DNA from: an uncultured Gammaproteobacteria bacterium
GTDB lineage: Bacteria > Patescibacteriota > Patescibacteriia > Magasanikbacterales > GWA2-37-8
Assembly: GCA_964641245.1 (NCBI GenBank)
Contig: CAZXML010000002.1
Span: 10,548-74,547, forward strand
Length of the DNA: 64,000 nucleotides
Direction: 5' to 3'
The notes under the pieces were generated by a model. That model had not been told where the DNA came from. It worked only from the letters and a program-made list of their open reading frames with translations, and made no database searches. Positions 46,754 to 57,335 of this stretch are shown here, in pieces. Position numbers and translations under genes: made by a program. The first letter of the stretch is position 1; every line of letters begins with the position of its first letter.

Positions 46754-49700
46754 GTTGACAAATCCTTTTTCAACTCATCTGAAATATTTACCGTATACGA
46801 AGTTTTTATAATTTTTCCTCCCACATTTAACACCACCGGTTTATCTCCGGGGTATTTTTTTAAAATACTTTTTATGGCATCGGCTTTGGTTTTTACCTGA
46901 TCCGCGCTGACAACAATTTCAAAATTTTCGTCCGCTTCTTGAACCGGTTTAGCAACGGAACGACTCTGGCTAAAAGCCATTTGTTTTGCCAATGCAGGAG
47001 CATTTTCTTTTGTCAGCAAATAAGCTTTTTCTACAAACAATTTATCATCCCCTTCTTCTTCGGAAGTCCGTCCGATTACACAAACCGGTTTTCCTTCCAC
47101 CCAAACATCGGCGGTGGTTTCATAAGTTTTAGGAAAAATTAACAACTCCAAACTGCTGGTGGTATCCAATAATTTTGCGAACATCATGGCTTTGCCGCCG
47201 CGGGTTATTTTTTTCTTGGTGGAGTCTATCATACCACCCACCACCACCCACTGATTTCTGGTTTGCGCGGACAAATCTTTAAGCGGGGTTAAGACATCTT
47301 TCATTATATTCTGATAATAGGTAAAGGGATGCGAAGTAACATAAAGGCCAAGCAACTCTTTTTCCCACAAAAGTTTTTCTTCTTCACCGGCATTGGGCGC
47401 GGGGGCCAATTGAATTTTGGTGGACATGTCTATGTTGGTGCCGGCAAACAAAGAATTTTGATTTAATGATTTTTTTTCGTGAATTTGTTTAACATACGCC
47501 AGAATATTTTCTATATTGCCGGCCAGATAACCGCGATCCAGGCCAAAAGAATCCAGCGCCCCGCATTTTATTAAACTGTCCAATGATTTTTTATTCAAAT
47601 CTTTATCCGTCACTCTGGTTAATAAATCCTGCAGGTCTTTAAATTTCCCGTTGGCTTTTCGTTCGCGATAAATTGCCTCGGCAATGTGTTCGCCAAGATT
47701 TTTTATGCCGTTAAGGCCGAAGCGGATGTGTGGGGCGACTTTACTGTCATTCTGAGCAGAGCGAAGAATCTCTGTCTGGTTGTCGACGGTACGAGACAGA
47801 GATCCCTCGTCGCTACGGCTCGCTCGGGATGACAATTGCGCTTCATCATCTAATGGAGAAATCATTGCAAAATTTTTGAAGCTTTCGTTTATATCCGGCG
47901 GTAAAACCCGTACACCCATTCTTTCCGCTTCGTAAATAACTTCCGGAACCTTATCTATATCCCCGCTCTCGGCAATTAAAATAGCCGTCATATATTGCAC
48001 GGGAAAATTCGCTTTTAAATAAGCGGTTTGATAAGCCACCACCGCGTAACTGGACGCGTGGGCTTTGTTGAAACCGTAACCCTGAAACGGCTCAAATAAC
48101 TGCCATATTTCCTCCGCTTTTTCTTTGGTCAGGCCACCGTGCTTTTGGCATCCACTAACGAAAATAATGTGCTGTTTAGCCATTTCTTCCGGAATTTTTT
48201 TACCCACGGCTTTTCTGAATTTATCAACCTCTTCCCAGTTGTAACCGGCAACTTCAATAGCGGTCATTAAAAGATCATCCTGATATACAAGTACTCCGAA
48301 AGTTGTATCTAAAAAATTCTTCATCTTTGGGTGCATGTAAACAGCCGGCTTCCGACCATGCTTGCGCGCAATGTACTCGTCAATGTTATCCATTGGCCCG
48401 GGACGAAAAAGCGCAATCATCACCATAATATCAAAAATTGTCGATGGTACTAACTCTTTTAAATATCTGGTCATGCCTGAACTGGAAAGCTGAAACACGC
48501 CCACGGTTTCTCCGCGCGCCAACATCTCATAGGTTTTTTTATCATTCCACGGATACAAACCGTACACATTTATTTTCTGTCCGGTGGTTTTTTCTATAAT
48601 TTCTACCGCATGCCCCAAAATAGCCAGGTTGCGGATACCAAGAAAATCCATTTTTAAAACTCCGGCTGTTTCTACCGAATGCATTTCGTATTGAGTAATA
48701 ACGCGTTCGCCGCCAGTTTCCAGCTGAACGGGAGTAAAATCCGTAAGCGGGGTGGGAGAAATAACCACTCCGGCCGCGTGGATAGAGGTGTGGCGGGCGC
48801 AGCCTTCCACTTTTTGCGCCAAATCCAGCAAACGGTGGGCGTCCGCATTTTTTTCGTATAATTTTTTTAGTTCCGGTTCCAGGTTTAGGGCTTTAGCAAT
48901 TGTCATTTGAAAACCTTGCGCGCCGAATGGAATCAGTTTGGAAATTTGGTCGCAAAAAGAATAAGGAAAACCCAGCGCCCGGCCCACATCGCGTACCGCT
49001 CCGCGCGCCGCCATGGTACCAAAAGTAATAATCTGCGCCACTTTATCGGCGCCGTATTTTTTAGTAACATAGGCAATCATTTCGTCGCGCTTGTCATCGG
49101 CAAAATCGCCGTCAATATCCGGCGGGCTGGGGCGGAAAGGATTTAAAAATCTTTCAAACGGCAATTTAAAAAATAACGGATTGTCCATTACAATTCCCAT
49201 GGCAAAAGAAACTACCGAACCGGCGGCCGAACCTCTGGTGGTAACCATAATATCGTGAGTGCGGGCGTAACCCATATAATCAGCTACGGTTAAAAAATAC
49301 GGCGAATAGCCTTTAGTGGCAATAATATCCAATTCATAATCCACGCGTTTTTTTACTTCATCGGTCATTTCTATTAACTTTGGTAATTTTTCATAAACCT
49401 GTTCACGCAAATACTGGTTGGCGGTTTTTCCTTCCGGAATATCTATAGCCGGAAAATGCCACTTGTTAAGTTCCAAAACCAAGTTCACACGTTCGGCAAT
49501 TTTTACCGTGTTTTCCAGCGCTTCGGGAACATGTTTAAAACGGCCGATAATTTCTTGAGGCGGAGCCAAAGAAAGATCAATCGCGCTCATGGACAACCGG
49601 TTTTCTTCGTCCAATGTTCGGCCGTCTCTGATGCAGGTTAAAATATCTTGCGCTTCGGCATCGCTTGATTCCAAATAATGCGAATCGCGGGTGACAATTA

Positions 49701-50301
49701 ACGGTATGCCGGTTTCTTTAGACAGTTGAACAAGTTTGGTATTCAACTCCATTTGCCCTTCCATGGCCGGCAAATCCATCATCTCCAAATAAAAATTTCC
49801 CGCGCCGAAAATATCTTGATACTCCAACGCCACCTTTTTGGCTTTCTCAAAATTATCTTCCTTGTGTAAAATCCAGGGAATCTCCCCACTCAAACAGGCG
49901 GATGACGCAATCAGGCCTTCATGATACTTTTTTAACAGTTCTTTATCCATTCTGGGCTTGTAATAAAACCCTTCCAGGTTCGCCAGCGAAGATAGTTTCA
50001 TTAAATTTTTATAACCGGCATAATTTTCCGCCAACAGAATCAGGTGATAATACCGGTCGTCTTTATCTTTATCAAAACGGCTGCCCGGCGCCAAATACGC
50101 CTCCATACCGATAATGGGTTTTATTCCCTCTTTTAGACAGCATTCGTAAAACTCAATAGCGCCGTACATGTTTCCATGATCGGTAAGAGCCAGAGCTTTG
50201 TAGCCCATGCTTTTAGCTTTTTTTACCAGCTCCGGAATTTTAGGCAGACCATCCAAAAGCGAATAATGCGAGTGAACGTGTAAGTGAACGAAGTCGGACA
50301 T
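46738..50301 (-). CDS. dnaE: DNA polymerase III alpha subunit DnaE, with in-frame palindromic-element insertion
   Basis: PHP domain HLHVHSHYSLLDG, polymerase core, OB fold; insert SSRASRSDEGSLSRTVDNQTEILRSAQNDSKVAP from repeat 47745-47834; ATG 50301 preferred, since the upstream extension is repeat 50317-50394. Confidence 0.93.
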   Translation of the reverse strand: MSDFVHLHVHSHYSLLDGLPKIPELVKKAKSMGYKALALTDHGNMYGAIEFYECCLKEGIKPIIGMEAYLAPGSRFDKDKDDRYYHLILLAENYAGYKNLMKLSSLANLEGFYYKPRMDKELLKKYHEGLIASSACLSGEIPWILHKEDNFEKAKKVALEYQDIFGAGNFYLEMMDLPAMEGQMELNTKLVQLSKETGIPLIVTRDSHYLESSDAEAQDILTCIRDGRTLDEENRLSMSAIDLSLAPPQEIIGRFKHVPEALENTVKIAERVNLVLELNKWHFPAIDIPEGKTANQYLREQVYEKLPKLIEMTDEVKKRVDYELDIIATKGYSPYFLTVADYMGYARTHDIMVTTRGSAAGSVVSFAMGIVMDNPLFFKLPFERFLNPFRPSPPDIDGDFADDKRDEMIAYVTKKYGADKVAQIITFGTMAARGAVRDVGRALGFPYSFCDQISKLIPFGAQGFQMTIAKALNLEPELKKLYEKNADAHRLLDLAQKVEGCARHTSIHAAGVVISPTPLTDFTPVQLETGGERVITQYEMHSVETAGVLKMDFLGIRNLAILGHAVEIIEKTTGQKINVYGLYPWNDKKTYEMLARGETVGVFQLSSSGMTRYLKELVPSTIFDIMVMIALFRPGPMDNIDEYIARKHGRKPAVYMHPKMKNFLDTTFGVLVYQDDLLMTAIEVAGYNWEEVDKFRKAVGKKIPEEMAKQHIIFVSGCQKHGGLTKEKAEEIWQLFEPFQGYGFNKAHASSYAVVAYQTAYLKANFPVQYMTAILIAESGDIDKVPEVIYEAERMGVRVLPPDINESFKNFAMISPLDDEAQLSSRASRSDEGSLSRTVDNQTEILRSAQNDSKVAPHIRFGLNGIKNLGEHIAEAIYRERKANGKFKDLQDLLTRVTDKDLNKKSLDSLIKCGALDSFGLDRGYLAGNIENILAYVKQIHEKKSLNQNSLFAGTNIDMSTKIQLAPAPNAGEEEKLLWEKELLGLYVTSHPFTYYQNIMKDVLTPLKDLSAQTRNQWVVVGGMIDSTKKKITRGGKAMMFAKLLDTTSSLELLIFPKTYETTADVWVEGKPVCVIGRTSEEEGDDKLFVEKAYLLTKENAPALAKQMAFSQSRSVAKPVQEADENFEIVVSADQVKTKADAIKSILKKYPGDKPVVLNVGGKIIKTSYTVNISDELKKDLSTVILN

Positions 50302-50449
50302 AGTAGTATTTTTCGCTGTCATCCTGAACGCAGTGAAGGATCTCTGTCTCAATTACTGACCGGACAGAGATTCTTCGCTTTGCTCAGAATGACAGTTTGT
50401 GAGCAACTTAACTCGCCTATCGTACCTGAAAACACAAACTTAATCAAAC

Positions 50450-50481
50450 TAAAAACTCTCCTTAATTTGGAGAGTTTTTTT
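50450..50481. terminator. bidirectional intrinsic terminator
   Basis: aaaaactctcc-ttaattt-ggagagttttttt. Confidence 0.6.
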
Positions 50482-50492
50482 AATTTTTAGAA

Positions 50493-50879
50493 TTACTTCT
50501 TCATCTTCTTCACAACCTTTTTCATCTTCTTGGCCGTCGCTTCTACTGCTTTATCTACCGCGTCTTTGGCAGCCGAATTCATTTTTCCCGAACCTTTATT
50601 AATCCAATCCTTGGCTTTTTTGCCCACCATATCTTTTACCATCCCCGCCATACCGCCTCCGGCCACGCTTAGCAAACTATGGATATTTTCTACCTTACTG
50701 CGAACATAGTGTATGGCCTCGGTTAAAACCTGCAAACGGGAACGGAATTCTTCAGCGATTTCATTGGCGTTTTTTAAAATTCTGGTGACGTAATAAAACA
50801 TCCAACACAGAAACACCGTTATCCACAAAACACAAAAAGCAATGACCAGATATAAAATATCCTTTGAAGTTTCTATCAT
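50493..50879 (-). CDS. DUF948-like small membrane protein
   Basis: N-terminal TM, coiled-coil, Lys-rich tail; resembles DUF948 architecture. Confidence 0.4.
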   Translation of the reverse strand: MIETSKDILYLVIAFCVLWITVFLCWMFYYVTRILKNANEIAEEFRSRLQVLTEAIHYVRSKVENIHSLLSVAGGGMAGMVKDMVGKKAKDWINKGSGKMNSAAKDAVDKAVEATAKKMKKVVKKMKK

Positions 50880-50911
50880 ATTCCCCTCCTTGTTAATTTA
50901 ATAAAATTTAA

Positions 50912-51202
50912 TTAAGAATGTGCCGTTTGCAATGTTCGCACCTGTTTTTCTAACGCTTCCACACGCCGACGAAGTTCCAAAACATCTTTAGCTGCCGCAT
51001 CAGCATCCTCAATAGTTCTTTTTTCAAGTTTAGTTAAACGCGCTTTAATTTCGTCGAGCTCTTCTCTCACCATTCTAAACCCCGCGGTCATCTCCACTCG
51101 CAAATCATCAATTTCATCTCGCAAATCCTTAATATCAGCCTTGGTGGCCATGTTCTCTTGCAAAAATTCCATCAATTCATTCATTGTTATCTCTTTTTCC
51201 AT
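50912..51202 (-). CDS. hypothetical coiled-coil protein
   Basis: 96-aa ORF, heptad-like charged repeats. Confidence 0.35.
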   Translation of the reverse strand: MEKEITMNELMEFLQENMATKADIKDLRDEIDDLRVEMTAGFRMVREELDEIKARLTKLEKRTIEDADAAAKDVLELRRRVEALEKQVRTLQTAHS

Positions 51203-51273
51203 AAAAAAATTAGACTATTTATACTAAATCTTAGCTCGTAATACTATACCACACTTTTAATGATATTCAAAAT

Positions 51274-53757
51274 TTATCTCACCTCTGCGCCAAATTTTTC
51301 TTTTAATATTTTTATAACTGATGTGTGCGCTTTCTCTACTTCGTCGGCAACCAATGTGCGTTCGGAGCTTTGATAAGTAAAATGATAAGCCATGCTTTTA
51401 TGTTCGGCGCTTACGCCTTTTCCTTCATAAACATCGAATAATTCCACGGACTGTAAAAGCGGGCTGACAGCCGATAGCGCGGATAGTATATCCTCGTGCG
51501 CCACCGTTTTTTTTACCAAAATTGCCAAGTCGCGTTCCATGGTGGGAAATTCTGAAAGAGTCTTATATTTCTTTTCGGTTTCAGGAAAACCTGCCAACTC
51601 ATCCAGATTAAGAGACATCATTGCCACCGAACATTCCAAACCAAAATTGATTACAACCGTCGGGTGAAATTCAAATACCGCGCCCATATAACTATCGCCA
51701 ACTATCACCTGGCCGGAACGCGCCGGATGCTGCCACGGCCGTAGGTCTTTAATTTTTTCCAATTTAAATTCTCTGCCCAGTTCCTGAAAAACCGCCTCTG
51801 CCGCCCGGCGCGCTTCCCAAAAGGTATTTTTATTTTTCTTGGATGCAAAAACCGCATGCAACCAGGTGTCTTGCCTGGGCAAAAGTTCACTGCTGTTGGC
51901 TGTCGCTCTTACTCCGGGCTTTCCCGCTAAAAATTTCTTGCCCACTTCCAACAAGCGCAGTTCCGGATAATCATCTATGTTCTTTTTTACATTTTCTAAC
52001 AAATTATTCATTAAATGACGGCGTAAAAATGGCCGTTCTTGCGATAGCGGATTTTCCAACTCCAAATATTTAGAGACGTCTTGCCCCAGCTTGGCTATGC
52101 TCTGCGGACTGACAAAAGAATAATTATAAACTTCGGTGTAGGCCAACGAGTTAACTAAAATATCTTTACAGCGTCTTTCCAGTTTTTTTAACTTATTAAT
52201 TTCCGGAGGAGTTATGGAAAATTCCGGCAAACTCGCCTCAATTTTATCATAACCGTAAATACGGATTATTTCCTCCACCAAATCTTCCGGTGTAGAAACA
52301 TCTTTTGTGGCTCGCCAACTGGGAATGATTACGGATAACTCATCGGTTTTGCTTTTTACTTTAAAACCCAGGTTTTCCAGAATTCTTATCACTTCTTTTT
52401 TGGGCAAATTGACGCCTATTCTGTTCTTTAAAAATTCTAAGGAAATAGTAATCGGCCCTTGTTGCAAACTGAACTTGGATTCGTCCACAACTTTGCTCGC
52501 CACATAAGATTTGGGACAGCATTCCAAAACTAATTTCACCGCCATTTCCAAAGCCAGCGCCGTCATATTTGGATCCAAACTTTTTTCAAAACGAGCGGAA
52601 GAATCACTGCGCAATCCCAATTTAGTGGAAGTCTGGCGGATAGAACCGGCCTCAAAATTAGCCGACTCAAAAATTATTGTGGTTGTATCATTTGATATTC
52701 CGGAATCCAATCCACCCATCACGCCGGCAATGGCCAGCGCTTTTTCACTATCAGCAATCATTAACATTGCTGAATCCAATTTTCTCTTCTGACCATCCAG
52801 TGTAGTAAATTCTTCTCCGTCTTTGGCTGTTCTTATGTTTATTGTTAATTGTTTATTGTTAATTGTTAATTTGTTCGCATCAAACGCGTGCATCGGCTGA
52901 CCCAAATCCATCATTACATAATTGGTAATGTCCACAATATTATTTATCGGCCTCAATCCCACAGCCAGCAAACTTTTCTGCAACCATTGCGGAGACGGAC
53001 CGACACTTACTCCGCTAATTACCACCGCCATATATCGCGGGCATAATTTTGCGTCCTCAACTTCAACTTTTATATTTATTTCTTTGCCTGGTTTAATTTT
53101 ACTAATTTTACCACCGCCATGAGGCGGGGTCCCGCCGTGGGCGGGATATTCTTTCAGTTTTTTATCAAACAAGACAGCCACTTCACGGGCGATACCGTAA
53201 TGCCCCCACAAATCCGGCCGGTTGCTTAAAGACTTGTTGTCTATTTCTAGCACTGCGTCGTCTAACCCCAATGCTTTGGCCAAGGGCGTACCCGGCTTAA
53301 CTTTTAAATAACTTAAATCAACAATTTCTTTTTCTTCTTTAAGCGGGAACATTTCGCTCAAACCGATTTCGGTTGAAGCGCAAATCATGCCGGCGGATTC
53401 CACGCCGCGGATAGCCACCGGTTTTAATTCCACCAACTCGCCTTCTCCGTGCCATTTTACTTTCGCTCCTACTTTGGCCAATGCCACCAACATGCCGGCG
53501 GCCACATTACTGCCTCCGCAAACAATTTGTAATTGCTCACCGCCGACATCTACCGAACAAACTTTTAATTTGTCCGCGTTAGGATGCTTTTCGGCGCTGA
53601 TTATTTTTCCGACAACAATATTTTCCAGGTCTTTCCCCTGAACTTCCACGCCTTCCACTTCCACAGTGCTGGCCTTTAATCTGGCCGCCACTTCGGTAGC
53701 CGAAATTGAGTCGGGCAAATTAACGTATTTTTTTAACCAGGAATAGGATATTAACAT
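51274..53757 (-). CDS. pheT: phenylalanine--tRNA ligase beta subunit
   Basis: 827 aa; tRNA-binding, B3/B4, B5 and FDX-ACB regions; contains in-frame family H tandem (TINNKQLTINIRT) at 52845-52880. Confidence 0.92.
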   Translation of the reverse strand: MLISYSWLKKYVNLPDSISATEVAARLKASTVEVEGVEVQGKDLENIVVGKIISAEKHPNADKLKVCSVDVGGEQLQIVCGGSNVAAGMLVALAKVGAKVKWHGEGELVELKPVAIRGVESAGMICASTEIGLSEMFPLKEEKEIVDLSYLKVKPGTPLAKALGLDDAVLEIDNKSLSNRPDLWGHYGIAREVAVLFDKKLKEYPAHGGTPPHGGGKISKIKPGKEINIKVEVEDAKLCPRYMAVVISGVSVGPSPQWLQKSLLAVGLRPINNIVDITNYVMMDLGQPMHAFDANKLTINNKQLTINIRTAKDGEEFTTLDGQKRKLDSAMLMIADSEKALAIAGVMGGLDSGISNDTTTIIFESANFEAGSIRQTSTKLGLRSDSSARFEKSLDPNMTALALEMAVKLVLECCPKSYVASKVVDESKFSLQQGPITISLEFLKNRIGVNLPKKEVIRILENLGFKVKSKTDELSVIIPSWRATKDVSTPEDLVEEIIRIYGYDKIEASLPEFSITPPEINKLKKLERRCKDILVNSLAYTEVYNYSFVSPQSIAKLGQDVSKYLELENPLSQERPFLRRHLMNNLLENVKKNIDDYPELRLLEVGKKFLAGKPGVRATANSSELLPRQDTWLHAVFASKKNKNTFWEARRAAEAVFQELGREFKLEKIKDLRPWQHPARSGQVIVGDSYMGAVFEFHPTVVINFGLECSVAMMSLNLDELAGFPETEKKYKTLSEFPTMERDLAILVKKTVAHEDILSALSAVSPLLQSVELFDVYEGKGVSAEHKSMAYHFTYQSSERTLVADEVEKAHTSVIKILKEKFGAEVR

Positions 53758-53759
53758 AT

Positions 53760-54791
53760 TTAAAATTGTTCAAGGAATTTCATATTTCCGCTTTCCAGCA
53801 ACCGAATATCTTCTATGCCGTACTTAAGCATGGCCAATCTGGTTAAGCCGAACCCAAAAGCAAAGCCCTGATTAACCTTCGGATCTATTCCGCCTTCTTT
53901 TAAAACATTAGGATGAATCATGCCGGCGCCAAAAACTTCCAGCCAGCCGGTCTGCTTGCATAACCGGCAACCTTGACCATTGCAAAGATAACAAGTCACC
54001 TCGCCATTTACGCCCGGCTCTACGAATGGATAAAACTTGGGGCGCAAACGCAATTTTGTTTCCGGACCAAAAACATGTTTAAAAACCGCTTCCAAAACGC
54101 CTTTCATGTGCGCAAAATTAATACCTTTATCCACCACCACTCCTTCCAATTGATAAAACGTGTGATCATGACGAACGTCGGTGGCTTCATTTCTAAAACA
54201 TTTTCCCGAAGCAATCATGCGCAAAGGCGCGCCGTATTTTTGCATCGCTCGAACTTGTACGGACGAAGTGTGCGTACGCATCACGAAGTCGGGGTGGCCT
54301 TTGATATAAAAAGTATCCTGTATGTCGCGCGCTGGATGATCTTTGGGAATATTTACGGCCGTAAAATTATAATAATCGCTTTCCAGTTCCGGACCGTCCA
54401 AAACCATAAAGCCCATGGACGTAAAAAAGTCTTCCAAATCATTCTGAATTAAAGTGTTGGGATGAAAATGCCCGCTGGTTTTAATTGGCAAGGAAGGTTG
54501 GCTGATATCCACGCTTTCTTTTTCCAACAACCCGCCCATCTCTTTGGCGGTTAATTCTTTTTTCTTATCTGCTAAGGCGTCTTCAATCTCTTTTTTTACA
54601 TCATTGGCCAGCTGACCGATTTGTTTTTTAGCGTCATCGCCCAAATCTTTAATCCCCTTCAACAAATTGGTAAGTTCGCCACCCTTGCGGCCCAATAATT
54701 TAATCTCCAGTTCTTCCAACTGCATTTTGTCTTTGACGGATTTAAGAGCCAAAAGCGCTTCGGTTTTTAATTGTTCAAATTTTGATTGCAT
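53760..54791 (-). CDS. pheS: phenylalanine--tRNA ligase alpha subunit
   Basis: class II motifs FRNE..., GAGMIHPNVL, GFAFGFGLTRLAM; ATG 54791 preferred over TTG 54806. Confidence 0.93.
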   Translation of the reverse strand: MQSKFEQLKTEALLALKSVKDKMQLEELEIKLLGRKGGELTNLLKGIKDLGDDAKKQIGQLANDVKKEIEDALADKKKELTAKEMGGLLEKESVDISQPSLPIKTSGHFHPNTLIQNDLEDFFTSMGFMVLDGPELESDYYNFTAVNIPKDHPARDIQDTFYIKGHPDFVMRTHTSSVQVRAMQKYGAPLRMIASGKCFRNEATDVRHDHTFYQLEGVVVDKGINFAHMKGVLEAVFKHVFGPETKLRLRPKFYPFVEPGVNGEVTCYLCNGQGCRLCKQTGWLEVFGAGMIHPNVLKEGGIDPKVNQGFAFGFGLTRLAMLKYGIEDIRLLESGNMKFLEQF

Positions 54792-54856
54792 ATGAATAAT
54801 TAACAACTAACAATAAACAAACAGCAATCGACAACCAACTTGTTAATTGTTAATTG

Positions 54857-56038
54857 CTAATTGTTAGTTATAGTATACCACCAATTTATAATTGCTCCGG
54901 AAAAATGCCCCAAATCTTTTACGGTAATAATAACCACCAATAACATTAAGGCCACAAACCCAAGACTATGCGCCATCTGTTCGTATTTTTGCTCTACCGC
55001 TTTGCGTTTAATGGCGCCGATCAGCAAGAACAGCAACCGGCCTCCATCTAAAGCCGGAATCGGCAAAATATTTATTATCGCCAAATTTAAAGAAAGCAAA
55101 GCGGTAAAATTTAACAAATAACTGAAACCCAATCTGGCTACCTGCCCGGTCATAACGGCAATCCCCACCGGACCGGACAATGCTTCTCCGGCTGGATTAC
55201 CGGCAAATAAACCGGCGATTAAAAAATAAAATGAAAAAAGTATTTCCTTCAAATAAAATCCGGTCATGAGAAATCCGTAATATAACGCTTTGTACCACGG
55301 ATAGCTTACCAAACCAACCTCTACCAAACTAACTCCCAACCCGCCCTTGCCGGTATCCGCGTAAATAAACGGATGAATCTTTTTTTCCAAAGTGGCGCCG
55401 TCTCTTTTTACAGTCACCAAAATATCCAAATCTTTGTGACTATCTACATATTCCTGCATGGCTTTGACGCTTGGATTGGTTAAATTATCCAGCCCAACAA
55501 TTATATCTCCGGCCTGCAACCCGGCCACAGCCGCCGGTTTATCGGCCATCGCTTCCATAATTTGTAAATGACTGTCTTTGACACTGGCTCCGCGCGGCAG
55601 ATTATCTACCGCCTGCGGCATACCCATCATCAACCCAATAGAAATCAAAACGAAAGCCAAAATTATATTCATACCCACGCCGGCGGATAAAGTAAGCGCC
55701 CGTTTCCAGGCCTTTTGCGCGCCAAAACTATCCGGACCGGGTTCGTCTCCGTTTTCTCCTTTTATATGAACGAAGCCGCCCAATGGAATTAGATTTAATG
55801 AATAGATTGTGTCCCCGCCCATTTGCTCCTCTTCTACAATTCTTTTTCTGCCGATTAACTTTAATTTTCTTTTACCATTAGCATTTTTAATCCACTGAAA
55901 CCCGATTAAACGCGGAGGAAAACCAAAACCAAACTCAAAAACTTTCATCCCGCTTTTACGCGCCACAATAAAATGCCCAAATTCATGGGATAAAACCAGC
56001 ACGGCCAGGACGGCGATAAAGATTAAGAAGGTTAACAT
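54857..56038 (-). CDS. rseP: RIP metalloprotease RseP (M50, site-2 protease) with PDZ domain
   Basis: HEFGHF zinc motif, PDZ, C-terminal LDGG motif; ATG 56038 preferred (TTG 56098 lies next to repeat). Confidence 0.88.
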   Translation of the reverse strand: MLTFLIFIAVLAVLVLSHEFGHFIVARKSGMKVFEFGFGFPPRLIGFQWIKNANGKRKLKLIGRKRIVEEEQMGGDTIYSLNLIPLGGFVHIKGENGDEPGPDSFGAQKAWKRALTLSAGVGMNIILAFVLISIGLMMGMPQAVDNLPRGASVKDSHLQIMEAMADKPAAVAGLQAGDIIVGLDNLTNPSVKAMQEYVDSHKDLDILVTVKRDGATLEKKIHPFIYADTGKGGLGVSLVEVGLVSYPWYKALYYGFLMTGFYLKEILFSFYFLIAGLFAGNPAGEALSGPVGIAVMTGQVARLGFSYLLNFTALLSLNLAIINILPIPALDGGRLLFLLIGAIKRKAVEQKYEQMAHSLGFVALMLLVVIITVKDLGHFSGAIINWWYTITNN

Positions 56039-56112
56039 AATTCTTGATATTTTAGTGCGTTTATTATATACTACCCACGTTAAAAAGCAAATAGACAAAT
56101 TTAACTCACAAC

Positions 56113-56243
56113 GTCATCCTGAACTTGTTTCAGGATCTACCGCCTGTCATTCCCGCAAAAGCGGGAATCCAGTCGGCGATTGTCTGGATTCCCATTGTCA
56201 TGGGAATGACAATTGCAGATGCTGAAACAAGTTCAGCATGACA
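56113..56243. repeat. family A element with nested family I element (tgtcattcccgc...gcgggaat...gggaatgaca, 56145-56211)
   Basis: outer arms are A-type hairpins; inner 67-bp palindrome is a distinct sequence. Confidence 0.8.
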
Positions 56244-56259
56244 ATAACATATAAGAAAT

Positions 56260-56826
56260 ATGCAAGCACTCTACGTTTTCCTCGCGGCCATGGCAGTATT
56301 AGCATTGTGGCTAATTGCCGTATATAACGGTCTAATCCGCTCCAAAAACCGGGTAGATGAAGCTTTTAGCGACATAGATGTCCAGTTAAAACGCCGTTAC
56401 GACCTTATCCCCAACTTGGTGGAAACGGTAAAAGGCTACATGACCCACGAACAAGGAACCTTGACCAAATTAACCGAAGCCAGAACCGCGGCCATGGCCA
56501 TGCACGACAAAAAAGACGCCACCATTGCCCAAAAAGAAGAAGCGGAAAATATGCTTTCCGGAACTTTAAAAACCCTGTTTGCCGTTACCGAAAATTATCC
56601 GGACCTAAAAGCCAGCCAAAACTTTTTGCAATTGCAGGATGAAATCAGCGACACGGAAAATAAAATCCAGGCCGCCCGCCGCTTCTACAACGGCAATGTC
56701 CGCGATTTCAACATTAAAATTGAAGTTTTCCCCGCCAACATCGTAGCTAATTCTCTTGGATTTAAAAAATACGAATTCTTCCAAGCCGAGGCCGGGGAAA
56801 AAGAAAATGTGAAAGTAAAATTTTAA
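56260..56826 (+). CDS. lemA: LemA family protein
   Basis: 188 aa, N-terminal TM, LemA signature region. Confidence 0.88.
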   Translation: MQALYVFLAAMAVLALWLIAVYNGLIRSKNRVDEAFSDIDVQLKRRYDLIPNLVETVKGYMTHEQGTLTKLTEARTAAMAMHDKKDATIAQKEEAENMLSGTLKTLFAVTENYPDLKASQNFLQLQDEISDTENKIQAARRFYNGNVRDFNIKIEVFPANIVANSLGFKKYEFFQAEAGEKENVKVKF

Positions 56827-56828
56827 GT

Positions 56829-56870
56829 AACATCGAAATAACGAAATACCACGAAAACTACGAAATACCA
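56829..56870. repeat. left inverted repeat flanking GxxExxY gene (aacatcgaaataacgaaataccacgaaaactacgaaatacc)
   Basis: reverse-complement partner at 57296-57335. Confidence 0.7.
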
Positions 56871-56872
56871 AA

Positions 56873-57286
56873 ATGACAACAATTAATCATTTATTGAGGC
56901 GAAAAGATTTAATTTATCCAGACTTAAGTTTTAGGGTTGTTGGTGTTTTAATCGATGTATACAAACAACTTGGACCTGGCCATCAAGAAAAGTACTACCA
57001 AAATGCTGTTTCTCTTGGTCTGGCAAGAGCTGGGTTAAACTTTGAGGAACAAAAACATGTGCCTCTCACATTTCACGGCACAAATATTGGCCGATACTTT
57101 TTAGACTTTCTTATTGAAGACAAGTTGGTTCTTGAACTTAAAAAGGGAGAATTCATACCCAAAGAAACTTTTGACCAAGTCAAAGGATACCTGACTGCTT
57201 TAAACTTACAATTAGCAATTATTGCAAACTTTACACTACACGGAGTATTCTATAAAAGAATTGTTGCAACACCAAACCCAAAGTAA
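56873..57286 (+). CDS. GxxExxY family protein (PD-(D/E)xK-like)
   Basis: 137 aa; conserved GxxExxY-family pattern incl. DFLIEDKLVLELK; flanked by ~35-bp inverted repeats. Confidence 0.6.
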   Translation: MTTINHLLRRKDLIYPDLSFRVVGVLIDVYKQLGPGHQEKYYQNAVSLGLARAGLNFEEQKHVPLTFHGTNIGRYFLDFLIEDKLVLELKKGEFIPKETFDQVKGYLTALNLQLAIIANFTLHGVFYKRIVATPNPK

Positions 57287-57295
57287 CACTTGTTT

Positions 57296-57335
57296 TTCGC
57301 GGTTTTCGCGGTATTTCGTAATTTCGATGTTATAT
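57296..57335. repeat. right inverted repeat flanking GxxExxY gene
   Basis: ggtatttcgtaatttcgatgtt = revcomp of aacatcgaaattacgaaatacc; preceded by tandem tttcgcgg x2. Confidence 0.7.

Noticed and set aside
53760-54791. CxxC...CxxC zinc-ribbon-like insertion in PheS (VTCYLCNGQGCRLCKQTGW)
   Set aside because: Zinc-ribbon inserts at this position occur in some bacterial PheS. Not judged novel.
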